Below are positions 27,111 to 37,745 of a DNA stretch of 64,000 bases, in pieces. The stretch's first letter is position 1. Every line of letters starts with the position of its first letter. Below the pieces are notes generated by a model. That model had not been told where the DNA came from. It did not search any database and saw only the letters and a list, made by a program, of their open reading frames with translations. Source of the stretch: a virus (Duplodnaviria; Caudoviricetes); the IMG/VR virus record IMGVR_UViG_3300032319_001071, positions 20,498 through 84,497 of that record, one strand, 5' to 3'. The position numbers were made by a program, and so were the translations under genes.

Positions 27111-28718
27111 CTAGATCGGCAAAGCAATTGGCAAAAATGTCAGCACAGAATACGATGAACCGTCACTGGAAATTTTTACAGACAAATTATCGATCACCAC
27201 TTTTTGCTCTTGACCATCATATCGAACCCGAATGTTATCAATAGAATACACTCGAGGGTCTTGCTGTATGGATTGAATTAATTCGCTTTTTAAACCAAGA
27301 AGAAAATTTACACTATATTTACTGCCAATCATGGCAAGAGCGCTATTTCCATATTGAGGCTGTGTTTTTAAATCTTCCACTTTTGTAAGAAGACGAGATA
27401 GTAGCGCTTGTTTTAAATTATTTAATCCCGTTATTGACGATATATCGCCCGATCCAGCAACATCAAAAACCAATTGGCCAGTATCATCAATTTCCATGTC
27501 TGTTCCAAGTGAACTGACAAATTGTGATGGATTTTTAGTGTTAATAATAAAATTTACTTGCTGAGAGGCAAGAGTTGGCAATAATAATGTTGATCCTGTC
27601 TGAACAATGCGAGTGTTAAATTGTTCAGGATTTTCGTGAATGGAAAAAATTGTTCCAGATGGATAATAATTGCTTATTCCAATATAAGCAGTATTGCTGG
27701 ACGGAACTGATGCGCCTTGAGCAGAAATGCCATTGACTGGTTCAACATAATATCCTGCATTAGACGCATTTTGCTCTGCTGTAATTGTTGCTTGATACGC
27801 AAGTGATGTGGGAGATGTTCCTATGTATAATTTCAGGCTTGTTGTATAGTCGGGCCATGTGTCGGGAGCGGTAAACACCAGCAATCTTTTTTCTCCCGCC
27901 GATGCTGATGCGCTGGAAATAATGTATGGTAATGCCGCTCCACTGGTAGTGTCAATATTGAGCGGAGAGCCAATGGTTTCTCCCGATTCGGTTGTGTAGG
28001 TGTACCGCACATAATACGTTCGACTGGTCATTGACGTTGTCAGCGGAATGTTTGCAGTCAATGTTTGATTGGCAACAGTTACTGGTGAGCTAGTGTAAGA
28101 AAGTGTATATGTACCAATAGAACCCGTGCCAGTAACAGATGAAACAATAGTTGTTCCTGCAGGAACTCCGGTTCCAGACAGTGACATACCGATGGAAATG
28201 TAGCCAGAAACAACAGAAGTCACGGTCAATGTAGTGCCGCTGACTGATCCGATAAATGAACAAAACTGTGTTGTAGAAACAAGACCGGAGGTTTCTGCGC
28301 TGACGCTGGGAGGGTTGACAAGTGAGGCGTCAAATATCAGAGTTCCTTCGGGTATTGTGCCGGAAGCAAAAGAATAATATTTTTTAATACGCAAAATATT
28401 TTCAATATTTCCACCATATTGAGTAGTTTTAGAAATATAAAATACAGAACGATCAGACAATACAAGCGAAGACAAATCACCATTTGTCACATAAGGCAAG
28501 AAATTCATAGATATTGATCCCGCAGCAAGGCTTGACGAGAGTATGCTCGAGCCTTTGGCTGGACCTAATATGTCCAAGGTGCTATTGGCAATGTATGGAT
28601 ATCGTAAGCGATTTAACGAAATAATTTCTGATGACCGTCTGCTGTCGCCCAGATATTTTTGCGCAATACTTTCAATAGTATCTCCGTATTTTACAATGTA
28701 ATTCTTATACGTTGCCAT
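27111..28718 (-). CDS. LysM + gp25-like baseplate wedge protein
   Basis: [19 protein letters not shown]...IISLNRL (LysM); [15 protein letters not shown]...QYG...QDPRV (gp25-like). Confidence 0.85.
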   Translation of the reverse strand: MATYKNYIVKYGDTIESIAQKYLGDSRRSSEIISLNRLRYPYIANSTLDILGPAKGSSILSSSLAAGSISMNFLPYVTNGDLSSLVLSDRSVFYISKTTQYGGNIENILRIKKYYSFASGTIPEGTLIFDASLVNPPSVSAETSGLVSTTQFCSFIGSVSGTTLTVTSVVSGYISIGMSLSGTGVPAGTTIVSSVTGTGSIGTYTLSYTSSPVTVANQTLTANIPLTTSMTSRTYYVRYTYTTESGETIGSPLNIDTTSGAALPYIISSASASAGEKRLLVFTAPDTWPDYTTSLKLYIGTSPTSLAYQATITAEQNASNAGYYVEPVNGISAQGASVPSSNTAYIGISNYYPSGTIFSIHENPEQFNTRIVQTGSTLLLPTLASQQVNFIINTKNPSQFVSSLGTDMEIDDTGQLVFDVAGSGDISSITGLNNLKQALLSRLLTKVEDLKTQPQYGNSALAMIGSKYSVNFLLGLKSELIQSIQQDPRVYSIDNIRVRYDGQEQKVVIDNLSVKISSDGSSYSVLTFLPIALPI

Positions 28719-28729
28719 AATTTATCCTA

Positions 28730-29293
28730 TCAAAACTTAAAATTAATATTTATAATTAATTGCTGAAATTTGTGATCAACAATAAATGGTTTAGTATAAG
28801 AATTTGTAATGTAAATATTTTCAAACAAACTCCAAGAAGATATTTCAGAAAGAAGATCATATCCGGTAGGAGTTAATTCCAAAATAACGCCACCATCAAC
28901 AGTACTTGATTTTGTCGCTTCTGTTTGATGCTTAATCATCCATTCAGAAATCATATTGCATGATGCTTTTAATTGAACTAAATATATTTCATGAATAACA
29001 GACGTTTGTGTTGGCAATTCGTAATGAAGCGCGGATAAAAGTTTAGACATATTAGAAAATAATCGTGCAGCAAGCACGCGAGTTGTAGCCGGAAACAACG
29101 GAGAATATGTCCAGCATCGCTCCAGAAATTCGCCAAAAAAACGCAATGATGGATACATTTCCAATGTTTCCATAACTTCTAATGGCATTCGACTGCTATA
29201 TTCCGCGGGAGAAATAGGCAGTCTTTTTGACGTAGACAAATTTGATGTTTTATTATTGTAATTAATATCGTAAAATTTTATTGTTGCAGTCAT
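28730..29293 (-). CDS. Hypothetical protein in the baseplate cluster
   Basis: 187-aa ORF tightly packed and co-oriented. Confidence 0.65.
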   Translation of the reverse strand: MTATIKFYDINYNNKTSNLSTSKRLPISPAEYSSRMPLEVMETLEMYPSLRFFGEFLERCWTYSPLFPATTRVLAARLFSNMSKLLSALHYELPTQTSVIHEIYLVQLKASCNMISEWMIKHQTEATKSSTVDGGVILELTPTGYDLLSEISSWSLFENIYITNSYTKPFIVDHKFQQLIININFKF

Positions 29294-29306
29294 TGTTTAA
29301 TCAACT

Positions 29307-31166
29307 TTAATGCTTATATTTCTCAGGAATTCGCACTTTTTCGCCCGCCGGTAATGATGCATGCAAGTTGTATCCAGAATATTCTGGATTGCCAGCAAGA
29401 AATTCTCCAAGGGCTGTGCTGAAATCATAAGTAATTTCCTCTTTCAATGCTTTGGATTGATTGTTTTCTGATTGTATATTCCAAAATTCAGTTAGAATAT
29501 CTGCAATACTCATGGGCGGCGCTTTGTAATAATCCGATGTAGCAGCCAACCGGTTGCCGCCGCCTTCCGGAGCAGTGCGTTGAGCCGAAACGCCAAACTC
29601 CAAAAACGACCATGGCTGTGTCCGCACTCCGGCGTCATCGTAGACTGCGCCAATGTTTGAGTTTCCTGTTTCGGTTATTGTCTTGTAAAAAACTTGTTGA
29701 GATAATTTGTTGTAAACATTTGAAAGAGATAAGTTTGGTCTTATTTCATCAGAACTTGATGATCCAAGTGATTTTGTGTCACTCATTCCTCGTGCTTGGG
29801 TCACTGAATAATATCCAGCATGTGAGCCGATGAGCAAATCACCTTTTACAACCGGTAAATTAGTTAAATACGGAAGTGTCGTTGAATTGGTGCTGTAAAT
29901 TGTAGGATTTGAGGTGGTAGACGACGCGTCATTGGTAACAAAGTTGCCTACAGAAGAAACGGTCAATGATGTATCTGTTCCCGTATATAAAGGACTATTT
30001 ATATTTACTCGATAAAATGGAAGTATGGACATAGAGAGTGCAGATGGCTCAGAAAGAGTAACGGTTAAATAATCAGTGCCAGATGCGGGGGATTTACAAT
30101 ACCATATTTCTGTATTAATATGAGAACCACGGGCGACCAAACGTTGAAAACCGGCCGCTGCATATTTTAATGAAACATCGCTGACTTTTACTGTTGTCCA
30201 ATAAGTGGCAATATACTTTGGAACAGGAGTAATAATTGCAACAAGTATTCTATCTTGCTCATCTGGAATAACAATGTCTTTTTTGTGGGATGAAATAGAT
30301 TGTCCGCTTCCATATGAATATATATATTCAGTAGCAATGCGTGCAGACCCTTCGCCGATGACATACGTTGTGCCGTTGATCATCGTTGTGGCGCTGGCGG
30401 GAGGTGATGGTATTTTGTAGGTAAAATACTGCGGAGCGCTTACAAGACGCGCCACCTGCGACGCTGTCGCTTCTGCCCCTGCCTTGGTTGATACGGCTGG
30501 TGCGGCTGCTGGCGCAACGGGCGTGAACACAGTTTCCTCTGGCGGAACGCTTTCCACAACTTCGGCTTCGCCTTCTGGGCTAACCACAACAATTTCCGGC
30601 TCAACGGTTACGGGAGAATCGTGAACCTTACTGCTTGCAGCAGGCACGCGACTTACATCTTGAAGATTTGCGGTAAGGCAAACAAGATTTAAAGTATAAC
30701 GAAATAACAAAGGCATCGACACACTGCGTTGAACAACAAAATTTCTTACAGTAACATTCCATTCGCCGAAAGCAGGATCATCGGCAAAGGAAACTTGAAG
30801 TTTCAAAATGGTTTTGGAAGAAAATCCTCTTCGGCAAAAATCATTGTATTTACGCACAATATCGCGAAGCAGTGCGGCCTGCAAAGCCGCAGTGCCCAGT
30901 CGATTGAATTGCCCCATTCGAAATCCTGTATTGCCCGTCATATTGATGCTGGTGATACCCTCGCCGAGATGATCAATATATGAGCCGCCTCCAATGCTCT
31001 GGTACACAGCCACACGAGAAGGAGTCTCGACCTCAAACTGATCTGGCGTCACATAGAAGGAATACACCCATCGGTTGAGGGCGTTTTGCGGGTCAATCAG
31101 CGTGAGCGTCACAATATTTGTTGACGGAGTGTCTGTTACTACAGGAAGCGTGTACTCTTCTGGCAT
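29307..31166 (-). CDS. Tail tube initiator / distal-tail-like protein with inserted beta domain
   Basis: N-terminal tube-like fold motifs (YSFYVTPDQFEV...RVAVYQS...SINMTGNTG...FRYTLNLV); C-terminal LysM/gpX-like LPAGEKVRIP. Confidence 0.6.
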   Translation of the reverse strand: MPEEYTLPVVTDTPSTNIVTLTLIDPQNALNRWVYSFYVTPDQFEVETPSRVAVYQSIGGGSYIDHLGEGITSINMTGNTGFRMGQFNRLGTAALQAALLRDIVRKYNDFCRRGFSSKTILKLQVSFADDPAFGEWNVTVRNFVVQRSVSMPLLFRYTLNLVCLTANLQDVSRVPAASSKVHDSPVTVEPEIVVVSPEGEAEVVESVPPEETVFTPVAPAAAPAVSTKAGAEATASQVARLVSAPQYFTYKIPSPPASATTMINGTTYVIGEGSARIATEYIYSYGSGQSISSHKKDIVIPDEQDRILVAIITPVPKYIATYWTTVKVSDVSLKYAAAGFQRLVARGSHINTEIWYCKSPASGTDYLTVTLSEPSALSMSILPFYRVNINSPLYTGTDTSLTVSSVGNFVTNDASSTTSNPTIYSTNSTTLPYLTNLPVVKGDLLIGSHAGYYSVTQARGMSDTKSLGSSSSDEIRPNLSLSNVYNKLSQQVFYKTITETGNSNIGAVYDDAGVRTQPWSFLEFGVSAQRTAPEGGGNRLAATSDYYKAPPMSIADILTEFWNIQSENNQSKALKEEITYDFSTALGEFLAGNPEYSGYNLHASLPAGEKVRIPEKYKH

Positions 31167-31252
31167 TGTCAGTCCTTACGGTAGAGTATGACAAATAAAC
31201 TGAAAAAACCGGTCTATCACTATGTTGATGAAGGGAAAATAATTGCATTCAA

Positions 31253-32983
31253 TTACGATTCTACGTAAATGTTCACTAACTGAATAGCATGATTTTCGCC
31301 GTTATAGATGTAACCTACTGTAATTGTGCTTCCGGCAGACCATCCTTGATATCCGCCGTGACTGCTCCATGTCCATGTAAAGTTTCTTCGATAATCATTC
31401 AAAGTTCCGTTAAAATTATATGTGTCTCCCCAATCTGTTCGATTGCTGCCTGTGTAATGTAATGTTCCCTGTTTCCAATTTTGTGAATAATGAGTAATAT
31501 TTACCGTAGCAGGACTTCCTCCATTGTAGGGAAAATGCGCCCAACTAAAAGCATTGGTACTTAAACCCGTAATTGCCAACGAATCATTGGTTCCAGAAAA
31601 ACGGTTGACAATCAATCGTATGCCCGCCCATGTAGTGGCTGAAGCAAGATACATAATCATGCTGTCAGATAAAGTGGCAACTGAATCAACGGCAATATCA
31701 GAACTGGTGAGGTAAAACGAATTTTGTCCTGATATATTCCACCAATCGGTTCCTTGCCTTCCTTTTCCGACAAGAACGTGACCCTTACCTGCCGGAGCAT
31801 AATCAAAAACCGTGTACAACCTGCGCAACGTGGTGCCATAGATGTACCAATAATCACCATTGACCGCACCCAAGGCAGTGCGAATTGCCGAAGCATTTGC
31901 CGCTGGATTTTGAAACGTTCCTAAAGCATACGTGGGATAATAATCAAGATACGTGTAGCCGGACGTTCCCGAGGGAGTTGAAAACAAGAATGATGTTGCG
32001 TTGCTATTAGTGCGGGGAACGCGAATGACAACCACCCCATCACCTCCTCTGCCTCCGTTTTCGCAATATGTTGGACTATTACTGTCGTTCCACGCTCCTC
32101 CGCCTCCGCCTCCGCCCCTTATTCCATTGCTTCCTTGCATCGTTGCGGTAGTTAATCCGTATCCGCCAGCACCTCCAACTCCACCTCCTGCAGCGGCCGC
32201 AAAACCTCCGTTTCTTTGTCCTCCTCCGCCACCACCGCCATATGTAACATTTGTTCCGGTATATGTCCCTACCCAGCCTGATGCTCCGGCTCCCGGTCCA
32301 GACGCAGTTCCTGCTGAACCGACACCTCCGGGGCCCCCTCCTCCGCCTGCATAATTATTTCCATAACCTGCTCCGCCCGCAAAATAACTAGCAGTTCCGT
32401 TAACAATTCCTGATTGGTTTGCTCCCGAAGACCCTCCTCCGTGTGCCCCTCCCAGTGTATTTAAATAATACGTTGATTGATCGGCCAAAATGGAATTGAA
32501 AATTGTTCCGATTAAACCAAATTGCGGAGTTGAATATGCTACAGCATTATATCCGCCACCTCCGCCACCGCCCAAGGCTGTAGTAGATACATTTGTTCCA
32601 GTTATCGTTGTTGCTTCTCCGGAAATTCCTCCATTATAAGTACCAGTGTATATCCCCCCAATTCCGCCATTGCCAACACGGATTACGTATGTTCCATTTA
32701 ATGAACCATAAGTATTTACCGTAATTTGACCTCCACCTCCGCCACCACCAATAACCGAACCGCCACCTCCGCCGCCTCCAACCGTAAGTATGTCTACATT
32801 TGCTACTGATTGAGTAAATGTTATTGACGCAGGACCGGCGACAGTAAAACTATAGACATCATACGTTATGCCGGAAGCAGAATATACTGTATGAACACAA
32901 TTGGTGTATCCAGAAACATTCCATCCAAGATTATCAATAGCATTTGCTGCTCCGGTCAATTGCGGCCCAAGATAACTCATCAT
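31253..32983 (-). CDS. Glycine-rich modular virion protein
   Basis: YDVYSFT...VDILTVGGGGGGG...GGRGGDGVVVIR glycine-rich domain, then a globular C-terminal domain. Confidence 0.7.
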   Translation of the reverse strand: MMSYLGPQLTGAANAIDNLGWNVSGYTNCVHTVYSASGITYDVYSFTVAGPASITFTQSVANVDILTVGGGGGGGSVIGGGGGGGQITVNTYGSLNGTYVIRVGNGGIGGIYTGTYNGGISGEATTITGTNVSTTALGGGGGGGYNAVAYSTPQFGLIGTIFNSILADQSTYYLNTLGGAHGGGSSGANQSGIVNGTASYFAGGAGYGNNYAGGGGGPGGVGSAGTASGPGAGASGWVGTYTGTNVTYGGGGGGGQRNGGFAAAAGGGVGGAGGYGLTTATMQGSNGIRGGGGGGGAWNDSNSPTYCENGGRGGDGVVVIRVPRTNSNATSFLFSTPSGTSGYTYLDYYPTYALGTFQNPAANASAIRTALGAVNGDYWYIYGTTLRRLYTVFDYAPAGKGHVLVGKGRQGTDWWNISGQNSFYLTSSDIAVDSVATLSDSMIMYLASATTWAGIRLIVNRFSGTNDSLAITGLSTNAFSWAHFPYNGGSPATVNITHYSQNWKQGTLHYTGSNRTDWGDTYNFNGTLNDYRRNFTWTWSSHGGYQGWSAGSTITVGYIYNGENHAIQLVNIYVES

Positions 32984-32990
32984 GGTCTCC

Positions 32991-35294
32991 TTAGATAATC
33001 AACCAGTTTGATCCATCGGAAATAACGGTATACGATGCATATTGCTGAGTAAACGCAAGAGACGTTGCTCCGTCAATAGTTTGAGAAGATGTAGTATTAA
33101 TAGTTAATGTATACGCAGAAGTGCTTGTTTTCTTGATAACATACATTCTGCCTGTACCCACCGAGGACGCAGAAGGTAACGTAACCGCATATGAAGATGT
33201 TCCGCCAGATTTAATCATGTATGTATTAGAATCAATGGTAGTTGCGGAGCTAACGGACACAACTCCGGCCATTGATAAAGAATTATTCAATATAGTCGGA
33301 GCGTTCATGACAATTTGCTTAGTATATGCAAAAGAAATGACCGTTCCAGTGGTTCCTGCAGGTCCGTTTGCTACAGCATTAAACCAATCGTTGACTGCAT
33401 ACGTATTTCCGCTTGTGCCAGCCATTGCATTCCATTGAATCTGCGAAGTATTACCCAAAGAGGTAATGACGTATCGAGTGCCAGAAACAACCGAGGAAAC
33501 ATTCAGTGCTGTTTCCGTATACGTTGGAACGGAAAATTGCATGACAGCATCAAAAATAGCAAGTGAACCTGATTGATTGGAATACGGATATACCCACAAT
33601 TGATACTGTCTGGTTCCAACAATTGCGCCGTCTGCGTCGTTGTACCATGTCCAACGGATTTTCTGATTTGGAGTTGCTGCCGTTCCCAGACTTGTTGCCG
33701 ACGATTCATGAACAGTAAATCTTTTTCCTCCAGTTTGACCAGAGGATGATCCAATACCAAGATATGAACCTAAAGTGGTTGACCCAGTCACACTTAAACT
33801 GCCGCTATTAATGGAAATGGTTCCGGCATTGGAAAAAATATATTCTTTTGTGGTATCTACGCCTCCTAATCCATTTCCATATCCTATAGTCCAATTAGGA
33901 TTTGGAGTATTTGTTTTGGTCCTCAAAACAAAATTATCGCCAACGCCAGAACTAACAGAAACTTCTCCTACGTCAACAGATAAAGGACCAGATGTATACA
34001 TTCTGGAATCAGATTTGACAAGCAAATGATAATATTGTGAAGTTCCAGCATTATTGACAAATTGCAAATAATTTATGTCATTGCTTCCGGCGCTTGCACG
34101 AATGATCAATCCTCCGGTTGAGCCATAATTTGTTGCTCCAATTGTTCCGGGAGTGACAAATCTTCCCCACCCCTCTACGTCAAGAGGCACACTGGGGGTT
34201 CGTCCAATCCCAGTTTGTCCTGATGTATTAATAAACAATCGTATTGCATTTGCTGTGGAATCATAAATACTAAAGGATCCCGGAACAGTGTCATTTGCTG
34301 AACCTCTTGCAGCAAGTTGCCACGTTGTGTAATCACTTTTCAGAAGTACCGATGCTCCGCCGGTGGAAAGCGTGGATTCAAACACTGGTTGTGTCCATCC
34401 GGTGGTTGATTTAACATGAAATAATTGGTCTGGACTGGTTGTCCCGATACCGACATTGCCAGATGAATCAATCATCATCCGATACGAGGTATTGGTCAGA
34501 TCATAGATATAAAACGCATTATTTGGCGCAAGACTGGATCCTCTTGCCCCTACTTCCCAATCATTTCCATTTGTTAGCAACTTCAATGTTGACCGTGACG
34601 CGGCTGCGGTTGATTCAATCGTAATTTCGGTTTGCGTGTTTGCGGAAGATACGTGCAATAAGGTAGACGGATTGGCGGTGCCAATTCCAACTGAGTTGCC
34701 AAAATATGCAGAATAATTGTTTGTGGCGGTAGACATCGGCGCAATGTACAAGCCATACAAATTTGTTACCGATCCGCCGTCTGACAAATCAGCGCGTAAA
34801 TCTGCATAATATCCTATTGCGTTAGTAATAACTCGTGTATATGCAGGAGTAAAATAATTAGTTGCACTAATTGATGCAACATTGGTCACATTTGTTGTAG
34901 GCATAAACCATGTGTTTGAAGTTACTCCCCAAATACTAACAACTCCATACACTGAAACAGTATTTTTTTGCGCTCCCGCAATTTTAAATCCATAGCCATT
35001 TGCTGAATTGTAATTAGAATTATAATTAAATACTCCTCCATATACATTTAAATCTCCGTTAAAATTAACGGTAGAAGTATTAGTAAAAGTATTTGTACCG
35101 CTCCAATTAAATGAGTCTGCGGTATTGACCGAAAGGGTTGTTTCTGCTCCATTGGGACCGGCGCGAAAATATAGTTTATTATCTGATTTTGCATAAATCT
35201 TTATTTGACCCTCAAACGGAGGATCAAGTGTCACACCTTGATTTTGAAATATAATGTCGGAGGTTATGCTCAGACTATTTATGTTAGTTGGCAT
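32991..35294 (-). CDS. Tail fibre-like protein
   Basis: Three GIGTxxP/GIGRTP repeats and C-terminal VTLPSA...YVIKK...TIDG...VISDGSNWLII domain common in phage fibres. Confidence 0.65.
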   Translation of the reverse strand: MPTNINSLSITSDIIFQNQGVTLDPPFEGQIKIYAKSDNKLYFRAGPNGAETTLSVNTADSFNWSGTNTFTNTSTVNFNGDLNVYGGVFNYNSNYNSANGYGFKIAGAQKNTVSVYGVVSIWGVTSNTWFMPTTNVTNVASISATNYFTPAYTRVITNAIGYYADLRADLSDGGSVTNLYGLYIAPMSTATNNYSAYFGNSVGIGTANPSTLLHVSSANTQTEITIESTAAASRSTLKLLTNGNDWEVGARGSSLAPNNAFYIYDLTNTSYRMMIDSSGNVGIGTTSPDQLFHVKSTTGWTQPVFESTLSTGGASVLLKSDYTTWQLAARGSANDTVPGSFSIYDSTANAIRLFINTSGQTGIGRTPSVPLDVEGWGRFVTPGTIGATNYGSTGGLIIRASAGSNDINYLQFVNNAGTSQYYHLLVKSDSRMYTSGPLSVDVGEVSVSSGVGDNFVLRTKTNTPNPNWTIGYGNGLGGVDTTKEYIFSNAGTISINSGSLSVTGSTTLGSYLGIGSSSGQTGGKRFTVHESSATSLGTAATPNQKIRWTWYNDADGAIVGTRQYQLWVYPYSNQSGSLAIFDAVMQFSVPTYTETALNVSSVVSGTRYVITSLGNTSQIQWNAMAGTSGNTYAVNDWFNAVANGPAGTTGTVISFAYTKQIVMNAPTILNNSLSMAGVVSVSSATTIDSNTYMIKSGGTSSYAVTLPSASSVGTGRMYVIKKTSTSAYTLTINTTSSQTIDGATSLAFTQQYASYTVISDGSNWLII

Positions 35295-35311
35295 TGTATA
35301 CCTCCAGTCAA

Positions 35312-36064
35312 TTAATCAACAGAAAATGAATTTCTTGGGGTGTTAAGAGAAATTGATCCATTGGAAGTTGAAAGACTGATGGATTGTGCGGAATGAATGG
35401 AAACATTTCCGTCCTTGTCGATAGTGATGCTAGTGCCTGAAGGGTGGGACACAATGGCAACACGAGGCTCATCACTGCTGATGTTCCATTGACGTTTCCC
35501 TGCGTCTTTTGCGGGCATAGCGCTGAGGTCTTTCAGTCCGTATCCTTCCGACTCGGGCGCAATCTTGATGTAAGTGCCGTCAGGAAAGGCAAATTCATAT
35601 GTTCCGTTGGAAGTCAAACGGCTATAGACATCGCTATTGTGACGCTCGATCTTGACGCCCTCCTCGGCAAATGAGAACTCATGCGCTCCCGGCGTGATGA
35701 AACCCAAGCACACAGGTTTCTTGATATCACCGGAAACAAAATCCACAATGGCCAAGGCGTCATCTTCTCCCTCGAGGTACGCATTGGCCTGATTGTCACC
35801 TTTTGTAGGAGGAGCAATTGTGGGCATCCAATGCACACCTTCAGTCTGCGTAAAAACGGATTTAAGAACCGGTACGTTGAACCACGGCCCTGAACCCTTG
35901 TAATTATGCAACCCAATGCAATCGATGGTATGAGATGCCCAATTAACCCGCAAAACACGAGCGTAGATTGCTCCTCGCATATTGGAATAATCATTGATTT
36001 TTCCTCGACGCATGTCGGAAAGACTGGCTTGTCCATATACAGTGTGTGGTACATCAGGCATCAT
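35312..36064 (-). CDS. Baseplate central spike (gpV/gp5 OB-fold)
   Basis: ARVLRVN...WFNVPV...AIVDFVSGDIKKPVCLG OB-fold, then beta-strand repeats HPSGTSITIDKDGNV; start at ATG 36064 after TAAGGA; follows the hub. Confidence 0.75.
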   Translation of the reverse strand: MMPDVPHTVYGQASLSDMRRGKINDYSNMRGAIYARVLRVNWASHTIDCIGLHNYKGSGPWFNVPVLKSVFTQTEGVHWMPTIAPPTKGDNQANAYLEGEDDALAIVDFVSGDIKKPVCLGFITPGAHEFSFAEEGVKIERHNSDVYSRLTSNGTYEFAFPDGTYIKIAPESEGYGLKDLSAMPAKDAGKRQWNISSDEPRVAIVSHPSGTSITIDKDGNVSIHSAQSISLSTSNGSISLNTPRNSFSVD

Positions 36065-36072
36065 GAAATTCC

Positions 36073-37734
36073 TTAAATTTGTCCAGTAGATTGAGCGTAC
36101 CATGCTGATTGCTTGGGGTCATCGACAACCTTGGTTGTTTCTGCATCGCCGCCTGCTTCTGCAAGAATGCCCAAGGTGGCTCGCACTCCGGTTGCGCCAA
36201 TACGTACAAATCTGTTTTTCTCGCTGGCAGTAAATGATTTCAAGACAGTTCCTCGACTTACCCCCAAACGAGTGATGAACTGCGGCGCAGGAAACACCTG
36301 CCACGCATGCTCGACACTTTCCACGTAATATTGCTCTTGACTATCTTCAACAAATATTTCGCACCCCACAGTGACATTGCTATTTCCAACAATAACCAAT
36401 ACTCCAGTATACAGTTGATCAATATACGTCATTGTTGTAACAAGCCAAGCATTTAAATCATTAAGAATATGTTTGATATCAAGAGTATACCCCTCTGGAT
36501 GAATATCCTTGGTTGCGGCTGCTTCGGCTGCCGCACGGTTTCCAGCACCACTATCTGGATCATATGATTCTGCGTATGATGCGTTTTGCCAGACAGTATT
36601 CATCCACGGTATTTCAATGACCATCGGACGAATGCCAAACTGATCTATTCCGTTTCGATCCCAATAAGGATTGTCGCCTACCGAATTGCCACCATCGCCT
36701 TCATCAAATTGAATATTCTGACTTGATCCGTCTCCAAACGCATTCAGGCTCACAAAAAAATACGTGCATCTGTCGGTGTCTTGCCTGCGTATTTGTTTTT
36801 CCAAAATGTCAAATGTTCGTAATGTAATTTTTTTGATTGGTTGCCTTCTCCATGGTTGATTATTGCTTCGTTGCGATGGAAAAAAATAATTGTATCCTTG
36901 TCCTTGTGCCTCGCGCATGCGCAATGGCGTCCATCGCACATTAAACACTGTGGAGTCATTATTATCTTCAAAAAATGTTTCAATAAAAGGTTGAATGCAA
37001 TAATATTTTATAAATTGCCAATATGAACCAGTAATATTGTTAACGGTAAATGTGGAAACATTAAATCGCTCAACTCCATCGGCTACTTGCGGAAGATCAT
37101 CGTTAATGGAAAAAGAAAAATTTGCAAATTGTGATCCGCGAGATTGACTGAATTTTTGTGCCAATTCCGTTGAATACACTACACTGACAAAATATTTGAC
37201 CCATGAACTCAAGGGAACAACAATGTCTCCTTCTTGTTGTCCAGCCTGTGTTCCTCCCGGCAATGTATCAGCATATCTGATAATGTCGTTCTTTAAAAGA
37301 AAAAGTGTATTCATTTGCTCATCTCTTGATCGATCACTGCTGTCAGGAGGATAGAAGACTTGTCGTCGCTCAAGAACTTTGCCTAAATCGCTTCCAGAAA
37401 GGAGATATGACCTGTTGGGACTTCCATCCATTCCGCCACTTGGTTTTTCGCTCATGTCTTCCGCATCAAGTAGCCCTCGCATTACCACTTTGACTTCGCC
37501 TTCATGCGCCCGGTCAATGCGAATTTCAACCAGATCATTCAAATCAACCGGAAGGCGCAACATCAAATTGTCATCGCCAATGATTGGGCGAAGAGTTAAT
37601 GTCCATTTTCCAGTAGGCTGTTCAATGCTGCGACTGACATTTACCGAAATAACCCATTCGGTAATATCCAATCCTCCAACAATAATTTGTTGTCGAAATG
37701 AACCAATAATTTTAGAAATATCTTCATTAATCAT
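36073..37734 (-). CDS. Baseplate hub protein (gp27/gpD-like)
   Basis: WVISVNVSRSIEQPTGKWTLTL, QFGIRPM, YYVESVEHAW...TRLGVSRG; directly after the tape measure. Confidence 0.75.
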   Translation of the reverse strand: MINEDISKIIGSFRQQIIVGGLDITEWVISVNVSRSIEQPTGKWTLTLRPIIGDDNLMLRLPVDLNDLVEIRIDRAHEGEVKVVMRGLLDAEDMSEKPSGGMDGSPNRSYLLSGSDLGKVLERRQVFYPPDSSDRSRDEQMNTLFLLKNDIIRYADTLPGGTQAGQQEGDIVVPLSSWVKYFVSVVYSTELAQKFSQSRGSQFANFSFSINDDLPQVADGVERFNVSTFTVNNITGSYWQFIKYYCIQPFIETFFEDNNDSTVFNVRWTPLRMREAQGQGYNYFFPSQRSNNQPWRRQPIKKITLRTFDILEKQIRRQDTDRCTYFFVSLNAFGDGSSQNIQFDEGDGGNSVGDNPYWDRNGIDQFGIRPMVIEIPWMNTVWQNASYAESYDPDSGAGNRAAAEAAATKDIHPEGYTLDIKHILNDLNAWLVTTMTYIDQLYTGVLVIVGNSNVTVGCEIFVEDSQEQYYVESVEHAWQVFPAPQFITRLGVSRGTVLKSFTASEKNRFVRIGATGVRATLGILAEAGGDAETTKVVDDPKQSAWYAQSTGQI

Positions 37735-37745
37735 TATGTAGTATC

